Of a DNA stretch of 32,000 bases, positions 1 to 9,781 are shown in pieces. Source of the stretch: Methanococcus maripaludis (GTDB lineage Archaea; AGJL01; Methanococci; Methanococcales; Methanococcaceae). The stretch lies in assembly GCF_002945325.1 (NCBI RefSeq), contig NZ_CP026606.1, positions 270,001 to 302,000 of the forward strand. The letters run 5' to 3'. Under the pieces are notes generated by a model, which ran no database searches, had not been told where the DNA came from, and was given only the letters and a program-made list of their open reading frames with translations. A program made the translations under genes and the position numbers. The first letter of the stretch is position 1; the number at the start of each line of letters is the position of its first letter.

Positions 1-2733
1 AGCTATTGCCTTTTTAACGCCTATTTTCATTATTTCGTTAATTAATTTCATCACTTCTTTTCCATGCCTTTTGAATTTATCTTCTTTCATAACGAGTGGA
101 ATAAGTGCTTTTACGTTTTTCTCAGCGTTCTCATTCATAAATTCAAGGAGGTCGTATTTCCAGTCGTCTGCAGTGTATAAATACATTTTTTCAGGGTTGA
201 TTTTTGCAACTCCTTTAATATTTCGAATATCTTCCATTGCAGACTTGATAAATTCTTCCCCAAGTTCTAAATCTTCATTAATTAATTCTGGCTTGATTAA
301 AGGATACATTTCTTGTGAAATAAATCCAGCATACCCTAATTTTTCCCAGATTTCTTCACAGAGGTGTGGTGTTACTGGGGAGAGTAATTTAGTCCAAATT
401 TCAACAACTTCTTTTAAAACATTGTTGTTTTCCCCGCCTCTTCGTTTATACCATCTTAAATCATTGATGAGTTCATAGAACATCAAACCAATTTTTCTAA
501 GCTGGAATTCTTCGTATGCAGTTTCAGCACCTTTTATTGAACTGTAAGTTTTGTGTAAAAGCCATTTATCAATTAAAGATAGTTCTTTTTCAGTTTTTTC
601 TTCTTCCATGACTGATACTGCAAGTTCGTATAATTTTATTAGATTATCTCTTGCTTTTTCCATTTCTTTGAATTTAACGTCTGCATCTTGCGGAAGTTCA
701 GCACATGTTGTGATGTAAAATCTCGCAACATCTGCACCAAAGTTTTCTGCAACTTCTGAAACAGGTAAAACCGGACCTTTTGATTTTGAGAGTTTTTTAC
801 CCTCAATTGTAACGTATCCGTTTATTTCAATCCCTCTTGGCCAGTGTTCTCTTCCAAATAATGCAACGTGGTTGAATATCATGAATGTGAGGTGGTTTGG
901 AATTAAATCTTTTGCAGAACATCTCCAGTCAAGCGGGTAGTAGTATAAAAATTCTTTTCTCATTTCTTCAATTGTTTCTGTTGGAATTTTTGAATTTTTA
1001 GCTATTTCATCAACATTTCCTTTTCCAAGGTAGACGTAATCAAATAATTCTGGAATAAGCTGTTCTGGAGTTAACCCTTCGTTTATAAATCTTGCAATTG
1101 TGTAATATGCCATGTAAATTGTACTGTCCGATAATGATTCAATAATCCAGTTTTCATCAAACGGCAGTATTGTTCCAAGCCCTTTTTTCCTTGCACAAGC
1201 TTTGTCCTTCATCCAATCAACTTTGTTGTGGAATTCCTGCCTTATTCCTTCTGGAGCAAAGTTCATATTATCGATACATTCGTGTGCGAGTTTCTTCCAG
1301 TTTTCGTCAGAATAGTTGATAAACCACTGTCCTTTTACGGTTTTTATAATGCACTTTTCACCGCACCTGCAGACAACTTTCTGCTCTGAAAATTCGTACA
1401 TTATTTCTGCAATGTTTGAATTTATGTAATCTTTTGTTAATTTTTCTTTAATGTCTTTTACAGAAATTCCTGCGTATTCTCCGCAGTTTTCATTTAATTT
1501 TCCCTTGTGAAATTCGTCCTTGTAGATTTTACTCGTTGCTTGTTCGAGTAACTCTTCATCATTTTGGTCTTTAACTCCCAGTTTTTCCACAATCTCTTTT
1601 GCAGGATATTTATCGTATCCTTCAATTTCGATTAAGGGGATTAAACCTACTTCTTCAACTTTTCCAAGATCCCTTAAAGCAACGTAGTCGTATGGGGCGT
1701 GTGCTGGAACACTCATTACACACCCTGTTCCAATTCCCATTTCAACGAAATCTGCTGGAAGAAGAGGAACTTCTTTTTTCGTAACAGGATTTTTAATTTT
1801 CAAGCCGAGTAATTCGCTTCCTTTAATTTCTTTTAAAATTTCAATTTTTCTATCTTGCTCTTTTAATTTATCTGCACATTCTTTTCCAATAACCCAGATA
1901 CCGTTGTATTTTAAATCAACATCTTCACTATCCAATTTCTGGATTTCATCGTGGACTTCTGCCATTACGTAAATTTCATTTGGATTAACCCACGCATTGG
2001 TTACACCAAAGACTGTTTCAGGCCTTAATGTTGCCATTGGCATTATTATTTCTTTTCCGTCAAAGTTGGAAGTAAATTTAATTAAGCTGTATTCTACTGT
2101 TGTTGATTCCTCACCGTGGAGTAAATCGTGGTCTTCTACAGGGTTTTCACATTTAGGACAGTATCTTACAGGGTGTGAACCTTTTGTAATGTGCCCCATT
2201 TCTTTTAAGTTGTAAAATTGCCATTCTATGAACTTACTGAATACTTTATCATCAGTTTTGAAGTTTCTTCTCCAATCGAGTGAAAATCCCATTCTTTTAA
2301 ATGCTTCTGTTGCTTTTTTTGAAAAACATTCAACTATTGCTTCAGGGGTGTTTAATTTTAAGAGTTCATCCATCGGAATGTTGTGTAAATTATTGTAAGC
2401 CCAGATAATATCTTTTTTTCTCTCTTTAATCTGGTTTGCTAAGCCCAAAATAGGAGTTCCAGTAACGTGAAATCCAAAAGTCCAGAGCACGTTTTTATTT
2501 TTCATTCTCTGATATCTTGCAATTGTTTCAGGAATTGTAAATGTTCTTAAGTGTCCTGCATGAAGCACCCCGTTTAAATATGGGAATGCAGCTGTTATGA
2601 AAAATTTATCCCTTGAATCGTGTTCCGCTTCAAAAATTTTAGCTTCTGTCCATTTTTTCTGCCATTTGTCCATTATTTTAATTAAATCAACGGATTTATG
2701 GCCTGTTTCTCCAATTACTTCTTTCTGATCCAT
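1..2733 (-). CDS. leuS: Leucyl-tRNA synthetase (archaeal type); C-terminal part runs off the window
   Basis: Uninterrupted minus-strand frame from ATG (2731-2733) to the window edge. It is absent from the ORF track because there is no stop in the window. My translation starts MDQKEVIGETGHKSVDLIKIMDKWQKKWTEAKIFEAEHDSRDKFFITAAFPYLNGVLHAGHLRTFTIPETIARYQRMKNKNVL. It has a class I HIGH-type motif (HAGH) and a KMSKS-type motif KLSKSKG near 778-800. The N-terminal pattern is typical of archaeal LeuRS. Confidence 0.9.
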   Translation of the reverse strand, partial: MDQKEVIGETGHKSVDLIKIMDKWQKKWTEAKIFEAEHDSRDKFFITAAFPYLNGVLHAGHLRTFTIPETIARYQRMKNKNVLWTFGFHVTGTPILGLANQIKERKKDIIWAYNNLHNIPMDELLKLNTPEAIVECFSKKATEAFKRMGFSLDWRRNFKTDDKVFSKFIEWQFYNLKEMGHITKGSHPVRYCPKCENPVEDHDLLHGEESTTVEYSLIKFTSNFDGKEIIMPMATLRPETVFGVTNAWVNPNEIYVMAEVHDEIQKLDSEDVDLKYNGIWVIGKECADKLKEQDRKIEILKEIKGSELLGLKIKNPVTKKEVPLLPADFVEMGIGTGCVMSVPAHAPYDYVALRDLGKVEEVGLIPLIEIEGYDKYPAKEIVEKLGVKDQNDEELLEQATSKIYKDEFHKGKLNENCGEYAGISVKDIKEKLTKDYINSNIAEIMYEFSEQKVVCRCGEKCIIKTVKGQWFINYSDENWKKLAHECIDNMNFAPEGIRQEFHNKVDWMKDKACARKKGLGTILPFDENWIIESLSDSTIYMAYYTIARFINEGLTPEQLIPELFDYVYLGKGNVDEIAKNSKIPTETIEEMRKEFLYYYPLDWRCSAKDLIPNHLTFMIFNHVALFGREHWPRGIEINGYVTIEGKKLSKSKGPVLPVSEVAENFGADVARFYITTCAELPQDADVKFKEMEKARDNLIKLYELAVSVMEEEKTEKELSLIDKWLLHKTYSSIKGAETAYEEFQLRKIGLMFYELINDLRWYKRRGGENNNVLKEVVEIWTKLLSPVTPHLCEEIWEKLGYAGFISQEMYPLIKPELINEDLELGEEFIKSAMEDIRNIKGVAKINPEKMYLYTADDWKYDLLEFMNENAEKNVKALIPLVMKEDKFKRHGKEVMKLINEIMKIGVKKAIA

Positions 2734-2892
2734 ATTTCTCACTCTTTTATCTTAAAATCTATCTTCCAATTATTTATGCAAACATTAACAACATTTTTAG
2801 AGATAAAATTAAATATTTATCAAATACTCATCAATTTAGCAATATTTTCATAAATTATATAAATATATTTTATAAATAGTCTGTCATGTTAG

Positions 2893-2904
2893 ATGCATAT
2901 GCAT
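2893..2904. repeat. 12-bp perfect palindrome ATGCATATGCAT in the leuS/proS divergent promoter region
   Basis: Read directly and self-complementary. It is the most GC-containing element in a 262-bp very AT-rich spacer. Confidence 0.9.
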
Positions 2905-2995
2905 GAAATAATTATGTAAGTTATTTTACTGCTTATTTTATATTAAAAATATTAAAACACGTTAATTCTAAAGATAACTATTTACGGTGAAAAAA

Positions 2996-4378
2996 ATGGA
3001 ATTTTCTGAATGGTACAGCGACATATTAGAAAAAGCCGGAATTTACGACTTAAGATATCCAATAAAAGGATGCGGAGTTTACCTCCCATACGGTTTTAAA
3101 ATCAGGAGATATTCTTTTGAAATTTTAAGAAAATTACTCGATGAAACCGGTCACGATGAAACACTCTTTCCAATGTTAATACCTGAAAATTTGCTTGCAA
3201 AAGAAGGAGAACACATCAAAGGGTTTGAAGATGAAGTTTTCTGGGTAACTCATGGGGGAAAAACTCCATTGGAAGTAAAACTTGCATTAAGGCCCACATC
3301 TGAAACTACAATGTACTACATGATGAAGCAGTGGATCAAAGTGCATACTGACCTTCCATTAAAACTCTACCAAGTAGTAAACACTTTCAGGTACGAAACA
3401 AAGCATACGAGGCCATTAATCAGGTTACGAGAAATAATGAGTTTTAAAGAAGCACACACAGCTCATGCAACAAAAAAAGAATGTGATGCACAGATTGAAG
3501 AAGCACTAACGCTCTACAAAGCATTTTTTGATGAAATCGGTGTTCCATACGTAATTTCTAAAAGGCCAGAATGGGATAAATTCCCAGGAGCGGACTACAC
3601 AATGGCATTTGATACAATATATCCTGATGGAAAAACAATGCAGATTGGAACAGTTCACAATCTTGGTCAAAACTTTGCAAAAACTTTTGAACTTGAATTT
3701 GAAACTCCTGATGGCGAAAAGGATTTCGTGTACCAAACATGCTACGGAATTTCCGATAGGGCAATTGCATCATTAATTTCAGTTCACGGGGACGAAAAAG
3801 GTCTTGTAATTCCTGTAGACGTTGCACCAATCCAGATTGTTCTTATCCCTTTATTATTCAAAGGAAAAGAAGAAATTGTAATGGATAAAATTAAAGAATT
3901 AAATAAAACCTTAAAATCAGAATTCAGAGTCCATTTAGACGATAGAGACATTAGACCTGGAAGAAAATATAATGACTGGGAATTAAAAGGAGTTCCATTA
4001 AGAATCGAACTTGGACCAAGAGATATTGAAAATGGACATGCATTAATTGTCAGAAGGGATACTGGAGAAAAAATAACCGTTGAATATTCAAATATTTTAG
4101 AAGAAGTTGAAAAAATAGTTTCAATGTATAAAGATAACTTAAAAATAAAAGCTGAAGAAAAAATTAAAAGCTTTATAACGGTTGTAGACTTTGAAAGCGA
4201 CGTAAATGCACTTTCAGAAAAAGTTAAAGCTGAACTTTTGGAAAATAAGGGAATAATATTAATTCCATTTGAGGAATCAATCTACAACGAAGAATTCGAA
4301 GAATTAATCGATGCATCAGTTTTAGGTCTGACTACTTATGAAGGAAAAGAATATATTTCAGTTGCCAGAACATACTAA
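2996..4378 (+). CDS. proS: Prolyl-tRNA synthetase (archaeal/eukaryal type)
   Basis: Class II motifs: [19 protein letters not shown] (motif 2) and CYGISDRAI (motif 3). An anticodon-binding region is followed by a C-terminal domain ending in the conserved terminal Tyr (...VARTY). The track start GTG 2987 lies inside the SD GGTGA (2986-2990). ATG 2996 (MEFSEWYSD) has the usual 5-nt spacing, so I prefer it. Confidence 0.93.
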   Translation: MEFSEWYSDILEKAGIYDLRYPIKGCGVYLPYGFKIRRYSFEILRKLLDETGHDETLFPMLIPENLLAKEGEHIKGFEDEVFWVTHGGKTPLEVKLALRPTSETTMYYMMKQWIKVHTDLPLKLYQVVNTFRYETKHTRPLIRLREIMSFKEAHTAHATKKECDAQIEEALTLYKAFFDEIGVPYVISKRPEWDKFPGADYTMAFDTIYPDGKTMQIGTVHNLGQNFAKTFELEFETPDGEKDFVYQTCYGISDRAIASLISVHGDEKGLVIPVDVAPIQIVLIPLLFKGKEEIVMDKIKELNKTLKSEFRVHLDDRDIRPGRKYNDWELKGVPLRIELGPRDIENGHALIVRRDTGEKITVEYSNILEEVEKIVSMYKDNLKIKAEEKIKSFITVVDFESDVNALSEKVKAELLENKGIILIPFEESIYNEEFEELIDASVLGLTTYEGKEYISVARTY

Positions 4379-4473
4379 TAATCAAAAACTTACGCCGAAT
4401 TTCTTTTATTTTTAAAAACCGGTGAGTATATAAAGCATTTATTATAAATTGATTAATATTAAGTGGTGATAAG

Positions 4474-5133
4474 ATGATATCCAACAGCGAATACCATAAA
4501 GAGTATATGAAAGGAACGACCACCGTAGGATTACTTTGTAATGATGGCGTCGTTTTAGCTACTGATAAAAGGGCTACAATGGGCAATCTTATCGCGGATA
4601 AAGAAGCGAAAAAGTTATATAAGATTGATGACTACATAGCAATGACTATAGCTGGAAGTGTTGGGGATGCACAGTCACTCATCAGGTTAATTTCTGCTGA
4701 GGCAAAAATCTACAAAATGAGAACTGGAAACAATATGACGCCTCTTTCATGCACCACATTAATAAGTAACGTCTTGCATGGTAACAGACATTACCCTCTT
4801 TTAACACAATTAATACTCGGTGGATACGATCTGATTAACGGAGCTAAACTGTTTTCACTCGATCCAGTTGGAGGCATTAATGAAGAATCTTCATTTACGG
4901 CCACAGGATCAGGTTCACCTACTGCTTACGGAGTACTCGAATCAGAATACAAATCCGATATCGCAATAGAAAAAGGATTATTAATTGCTGTAAAAGCTCT
5001 CTCGTCTGCTATGCAAAGAGATGCATACTCTGGAAATGGTATTTCCTTAGCTCATATCAATAAAGATGGAGTAAAATTATACTCAGACGCAGAAATTGAG
5101 GGTTTTTTAAAAAAAATCAACAGAAAAAGATAA
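4474..5133 (+). CDS. psmB: Proteasome subunit beta (with propeptide)
   Basis: Short propeptide followed by G|TTTVG, the active-site Thr after processing. Ntn-hydrolase pattern DKRAT...GSGS. SD GTGGTGATAAG lies directly upstream of the ATG. Confidence 0.93.
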
Positions 5134-5163
5134 ATTAAAAATATAATATCTCAAATTCTACTA

Positions 5164-5192
5164 TTGAAAAGTATTCTTTTCAAATTTTTTTT
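5164..5192 (+). terminator. Hairpin plus T8 tract after psmB
   Basis: TTGAAAAG-tatt-CTTTTCAA (8-bp stem, 5164-5183) is followed by A-T8 (5185-5192), 31 nt after the psmB stop. Confidence 0.5.
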
Positions 5193-5267
5193 ATGTTTTA
5201 ACACAGATTAATCAATTTTATAGGCGTTTCTAGAATTTAAACAGACATATTATTAGGAGGGACTATT

Positions 5268-7175
5268 TTGTCAGCTGAAGATATATTAAACGAGATAAAG
5301 GCGGCGGTTATAAACAAAGCCCCAGGAAATGCGGTTATTACTGACGTCGAATTTGAAGGTTCAGAAGTAGTTATTTATGCAAAAAACCCAGAACTTTTTT
5401 CAAACAATCTTATCAAAGAATTTGCAAGGGACTTTAGAAAAAGACTTGCAATTCGACCGGATCCATCTGTTTTAGTCGAACCTGATATCGCGAAAGATAA
5501 AATTTTAAAAATAGTTCCAGAGGATGCTGAAATTACAAACTGTATTTTCGATGCAAATACTGGTGAAGTAATAATTGAATCTAAAAAACCAGGACTAGTA
5601 ATTGGAAAAGAAGGTTCCACCCTTGAAGATATTAAAAAAGCAATTCAGTGGGCCCCAAAACCAGTTAGAACCCCACCGATTCCATCAGATACAATTAAAG
5701 CCATTAGAGCTACAATGTATCGAGAAAGAGCAGATGTAAAAGATATTTTAAGAAGAATCGGAAGAAGAATCCATAGAGACGTAAGACTCAGAGATGATTC
5801 ATGGGTTAGAACTTCGTTTTTAGGGGGAAGTAGGGAAGTTGGAAGAACTTGTCTTTACCACCAGACTCCTGAAAGCAGAATCTTGGTTGACTGTGGAATC
5901 AACATTGCAGTTGAAGATGAAAAAGCATTTCCTCATTTTGACGCACCTGAATTTTCAATCGAAGAAATTGATGCAGTTGTAGTAACTCACGCGCACCTTG
6001 ACCACTGTGGATTTATTCCCGGATTATTTAGATACGGTTATGATGGTCCAGTTTACTGTACCAAACCAACAAGAGATTTGATGACTCTTTTACAGAAAGA
6101 TTACGTTGACATTACTGAAAAAGAAGGTAAAAATGTTCCATATTCATCAAAAGATATTAAAAACTGTATTAAACACACAATTCCACTTGACTATGGTGTT
6201 ACTACAGACATTGCGCCTGCAATCAACTTAACAATGCACAATGCAGGACACATTTTAGGTTCAGCAATTGCACACTGCCACGTGGGCGATGGACTTTATA
6301 ACGTTGCATACACAGGAGACATTAAATTTGAAGCATCAAGATTATTAGAACCTGCAGTATGCCAGTTCCCAAGACTTGAAACATTGATTATCGAATCTAC
6401 TTACGGAGGATACGACGATGTACTTCCGGAAAGAGACGAAACTGAGAAAGAATTCTTAAGAGTAATTGCTGAAACCATTGCAAGAAAAGGAAAAGCAATA
6501 ATTCCAGTATTTGGTATCGGAAGAGCTCAGGAATTGATGCTTGTTTTAGAAGAAGGATACAATCAGGGAATATTCAACGCTCCAGTATATCTAGACGGTA
6601 TGATTTGGGAAGCAACTGCAATACACACTGCTTATCCAGAATACCTCTCGAAAAACATGAGAAACAGAATTTTCCACGAAGGAGACAACCCATTCCTTTC
6701 AGAAGTATTTAAAAAAGTTAAAAATACAAACGATAGAAGAAACATCATGGATAGCGATGAACCAGGAATTATTTTAACTACCTCAGGTATGCTCAGCGGT
6801 GGACCGAGTGTTGAATATTTCAAAAACCTCGCAGATGATGAGAAAAACTCAATCGTATTTGTAGGTTACCAGTCTGAAGGAACATTGGGTAGAAAAATCC
6901 AGAAAGGATTTAAAGAAATCCCATTAATGGGTAAAAACGGAAGAAGTAAGGCTGTTAAAGTGAATCTTTCAGTTCATACATTAGAAGGATTTTCAGGACA
7001 CAGTGATAGAAAACAGCTCATAAAATACCTTAGAAAATTAAAACCGATCCCAGACCGTATATTAACAGTTCACGGGGAAGTTTCAAAATGTATCGACCTT
7101 GCAAGTACCGCATACAAGTTATTTAAAAAAGAAACGAAAGCTCCAATGAATCTCGATTCAATAAGATTGAGATAA
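5268..7175 (+). CDS. fttA: aCPSF1/FttA: KH-domain beta-CASP metallo-beta-lactamase ribonuclease (archaeal transcription termination factor family)
   Basis: N-terminal KH-type GxxG (VIGKEGS), metallo-beta-lactamase signature VVTHAHLDHCG, a beta-CASP region, and a length of 635 aa typical of aCPSF1. TTG start preceded by a strong SD AGGAGGG. Confidence 0.93.
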   Translation: MSAEDILNEIKAAVINKAPGNAVITDVEFEGSEVVIYAKNPELFSNNLIKEFARDFRKRLAIRPDPSVLVEPDIAKDKILKIVPEDAEITNCIFDANTGEVIIESKKPGLVIGKEGSTLEDIKKAIQWAPKPVRTPPIPSDTIKAIRATMYRERADVKDILRRIGRRIHRDVRLRDDSWVRTSFLGGSREVGRTCLYHQTPESRILVDCGINIAVEDEKAFPHFDAPEFSIEEIDAVVVTHAHLDHCGFIPGLFRYGYDGPVYCTKPTRDLMTLLQKDYVDITEKEGKNVPYSSKDIKNCIKHTIPLDYGVTTDIAPAINLTMHNAGHILGSAIAHCHVGDGLYNVAYTGDIKFEASRLLEPAVCQFPRLETLIIESTYGGYDDVLPERDETEKEFLRVIAETIARKGKAIIPVFGIGRAQELMLVLEEGYNQGIFNAPVYLDGMIWEATAIHTAYPEYLSKNMRNRIFHEGDNPFLSEVFKKVKNTNDRRNIMDSDEPGIILTTSGMLSGGPSVEYFKNLADDEKNSIVFVGYQSEGTLGRKIQKGFKEIPLMGKNGRSKAVKVNLSVHTLEGFSGHSDRKQLIKYLRKLKPIPDRILTVHGEVSKCIDLASTAYKLFKKETKAPMNLDSIRLR

Positions 7176-7178
7176 GTA

Positions 7179-7193
7179 TTCTTTTTTATTTTT
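7179..7193 (+). terminator. Oligo-T terminator after aCPSF1
   Basis: TTCTTTTTTATTTTT begins 4 nt after the stop codon. Confidence 0.45.
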
Positions 7194-7256
7194 AATTCGA
7201 ATAATTGATATACCCCTTTTTTCAAAAGTTATATATGGATATATCGGGGTGATACA

Positions 7257-8123
7257 ATGGATTATTTCAAAATATTCGCTATTTTTTTAGTTTTAATTAT
7301 TCCAGTATCTGCAAGCGATGTCGTGCTTGTAAGCGACACTGTTTCAGACTGTGCAAGCGCAAATATTATTCCAACAATTAACGATTCATACGTTGTTATA
7401 AATACATCTTGGGGAGTTTATGACGATGATGTGCTTGAACAGATATCAAACGAAAATCCAAAAAACGTAATTATTGTAGGAGGCACTGTTGCAGTTCCTT
7501 CTGAATACGACACCCAATTAGAAGAAGCAGGAATAACTGTTGAAAGAATATACGGTATTGATAGGTACCAGACAAACAAAAATGTAATATTAAAATTTAA
7601 AGATCAGATCCAGGACAGAAATATGTGGATAGTTTATGGGGACGATGATAGACCAGAATTTTGTAATGCTGGAAGCAATATCGTAATTTTATCAAATGGT
7701 ACGGCATTGTCCGTTGATGATGAAGATTTAGGAGATTTTGATCCTGGAAGAGTTACCATTATGGAAAATCCAGTATTTAATTCAAACAATGTGATGGCAC
7801 GACTTCAAAATCAAGGATTTTACGTAAGTACTCAATCAATGCCTGAAAGCGTGTTGAATAGAACTGTTTACAGAAAAATGGAACAGTTACAACTCCAAAT
7901 CGAAACCATGGAACAGCTCGGAATAAATTGTACTCCACTTAGAAATGATTTAAATTCTATAAATAATTCCATAAGAAATCAGAACTTAGAACAGGCCTAT
8001 GCTGGAGAAATAGTTCTTGAAAGGAATTTACTAAGTTACAAACATCAAAACCGCCACGTTTACTGGAACGGGCCAAAAATCACATACAATCCAAAAAATA
8101 ATAGTCCTAACTACAACAATTAA
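7257..8123 (+). CDS. Exported protein with N-terminal CWB2-like module and C-terminal coiled-coil-like region (paralog 1)
   Basis: Signal peptide MDYFKIFAIFLVLIIPVSASD. The segment DVVLVSD...VIIVGGTVAVPSEYD...VERIYGIDRYQTN resembles the 'cell wall binding repeat 2' consensus (GG..aVs ... RiaGadRyeT). SD GGGGTGAT is present. It is clearly paralogous to the next gene. Confidence 0.8.
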   Translation: MDYFKIFAIFLVLIIPVSASDVVLVSDTVSDCASANIIPTINDSYVVINTSWGVYDDDVLEQISNENPKNVIIVGGTVAVPSEYDTQLEEAGITVERIYGIDRYQTNKNVILKFKDQIQDRNMWIVYGDDDRPEFCNAGSNIVILSNGTALSVDDEDLGDFDPGRVTIMENPVFNSNNVMARLQNQGFYVSTQSMPESVLNRTVYRKMEQLQLQIETMEQLGINCTPLRNDLNSINNSIRNQNLEQAYAGEIVLERNLLSYKHQNRHVYWNGPKITYNPKNNSPNYNN

Positions 8124-8188
8124 ATAATTTAATATATAATAAACAATAATACTATTTTATTGCCTTTAAAACGTTTAGAGGGATTTTT

Positions 8189-9145
8189 ATGGACATTTTT
8201 AAAAAATTAGTTCTATTAATGATTCTATTAATGCCGGTTTCTTATGCAAGCGATGTCATTTTAGTAAGTGACAACTTTGCAGACAAACTCGTAGCTCAAA
8301 CTATTGCTGACGAACTCGACGAATTTGTACTCGTTGAATCCCCATGGGGAAATTTCAGCAATGATACATTAAATGAAATATTAAACGAATCTCCTGAAGA
8401 TGTAGTGATAATTGGCGGAACTGTGGCAGTTCCTGAAAATTATACAACTGCATTAGAAAATGAAAATATTACTGTTGAAAGAATCAATGGTTCAGATAGA
8501 TTTGATACAAACAACCTTACAATAAATAGATTTAAAGATTTATTCGTTAACAAATCAATATTAATCGTTTATGCTAACGGCACAAATGATACATACGGAA
8601 ATATCACCAATGTAACCTTTGTATTAACTGATGGAAACAAAACCTCAGTAAGCGAAGAAGTTATGGAAAATATATCTGATAACATTACAGTTTTAGAAGA
8701 TGCTGCATACAACTACAGCGGACTTTTAAAAAGACTTCAAAACCATGGATTCCAGGTAAGTACTGCTTCAATGCCTGGAAATGTTTTAAAAGCAAAAATT
8801 GAAAGAAGAATGAATACTATTCAGACAACTCTTCAAGCTTTAGAACAGAACGGAATCAATATTTCAGAACTCGATACAAAATATGGTGCATTAACTGATG
8901 CATACAATGGCGGAAACTACAGTTATGCTTATGCTCTTGCAATCCAGTTGGAAGATGACTTAAAAGCTAAACAGTACAAAACTACAGGAAATACAAAAGT
9001 CGAAAAAACCGTTAAAGTAAAAACAAACAACGGTAAATCTTCAAAAGATAATTCTGACGACGATGAAGAAGAAATAGAATACGAAAATGAAACCGAAGAA
9101 GAAAACGAAGACGATGAAGAAGAAAACAATGAAACTTCAGAATAA
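8189..9145 (+). CDS. Exported protein with N-terminal CWB2-like module, dense N-glycosylation sequons and a polyacidic C-terminal tail (paralog 2)
   Basis: Signal peptide MDIFKKLVLLMILLMPVSYASD. The segment DVILVSDNFADKLVAQTIA...VVIIGGTVAVPENY...VERINGSDRFDTN aligns with paralog 1, as does KRLQNHGFQVSTASMP. I count about 20 N-x-S/T sequons by hand. The tail reads DDDEEEIEYENETEEENEDDEEENNETSE. Confidence 0.8.
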   Translation: MDIFKKLVLLMILLMPVSYASDVILVSDNFADKLVAQTIADELDEFVLVESPWGNFSNDTLNEILNESPEDVVIIGGTVAVPENYTTALENENITVERINGSDRFDTNNLTINRFKDLFVNKSILIVYANGTNDTYGNITNVTFVLTDGNKTSVSEEVMENISDNITVLEDAAYNYSGLLKRLQNHGFQVSTASMPGNVLKAKIERRMNTIQTTLQALEQNGINISELDTKYGALTDAYNGGNYSYAYALAIQLEDDLKAKQYKTTGNTKVEKTVKVKTNNGKSSKDNSDDDEEEIEYENETEEENEDDEEENNETSE

Positions 9146-9227
9146 CGTTTGTGAAATATAACAATCAATTTTACTTTTTTCAGTTACTTTTTTTAAATTC
9201 GTTTCATAATATTATTATATTGGTGAA

Positions 9228-9776
9228 ATGATGAAAATGCAGATTTTAGTTTTAAGTTTATTGTTCATTTCGATTGTAACAACTTTTGCATGGGATGACT
9301 GCCCGTTTGGAGTTACAGATTCAGATTGTGAGTTTCCCGGAGCCTGCGGAAGGTATATTGATACAAATAATAATCAAATTTGCGACCATTCCGAACCGGT
9401 CCCTGAAAATCTAAAAGAAACCGTTTCAAGTTCTGAAAATGCAAGCTATGGTGATCTAGTTGAAACTTATGTTTCACTATCGGGAAAAGAATTAAAAACT
9501 TATACAATTAAAGAAATTTGCGAATATTACGGAATAAAAACTGAATCTTTGAAAAATAAACTAAATATTGAGGTAGATGACAGCATTACAATCGATCAGA
9601 TTCGTTCAATATATGGTTTTTCAGTTGTTGATATAAAATATGCAATATTTGACTGCATGGTAGAAGAAGGCATTGTAAATATTACTGAAAATACAATTTC
9701 AGAAGAAAATAAGTCTTTTTCAGAAAAAATAATTGATTTTTTGTTTACATGGATTGACTTAAGGAGTTTTTGGTGA
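9228..9776 (+). CDS. Exported small protein with N-terminal 4-Cys motif (function unknown)
   Basis: Signal peptide MMKMQILVLSLLFISIVTTFA, then CPFGVTDSDCEFPGACGRYIDTNNNQICDHSE (4 Cys). Its stop lies 5 nt before the next ATG, suggesting translational coupling. The exact start is ambiguous (ATG 9228, 9231 or 9237). Confidence 0.65.
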   Translation: MMKMQILVLSLLFISIVTTFAWDDCPFGVTDSDCEFPGACGRYIDTNNNQICDHSEPVPENLKETVSSSENASYGDLVETYVSLSGKELKTYTIKEICEYYGIKTESLKNKLNIEVDDSITIDQIRSIYGFSVVDIKYAIFDCMVEEGIVNITENTISEENKSFSEKIIDFLFTWIDLRSFW

Positions 9777-9781
9777 ATTAA

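Noticed and set aside
71-2215. Plus-strand ORFs 71-478, 1599-1784 and 1997-2215
   Set aside because: They lie entirely antisense to the continuous LeuRS reading frame. The products are Ser/Phe/Ile-rich and low in complexity, there is no SD, and they look like shadow ORFs.
3506-3830. Minus-strand ORFs inside proS
   Set aside because: They are antisense shadows of a well-supported ProRS frame, with no SD and no recognisable motifs.
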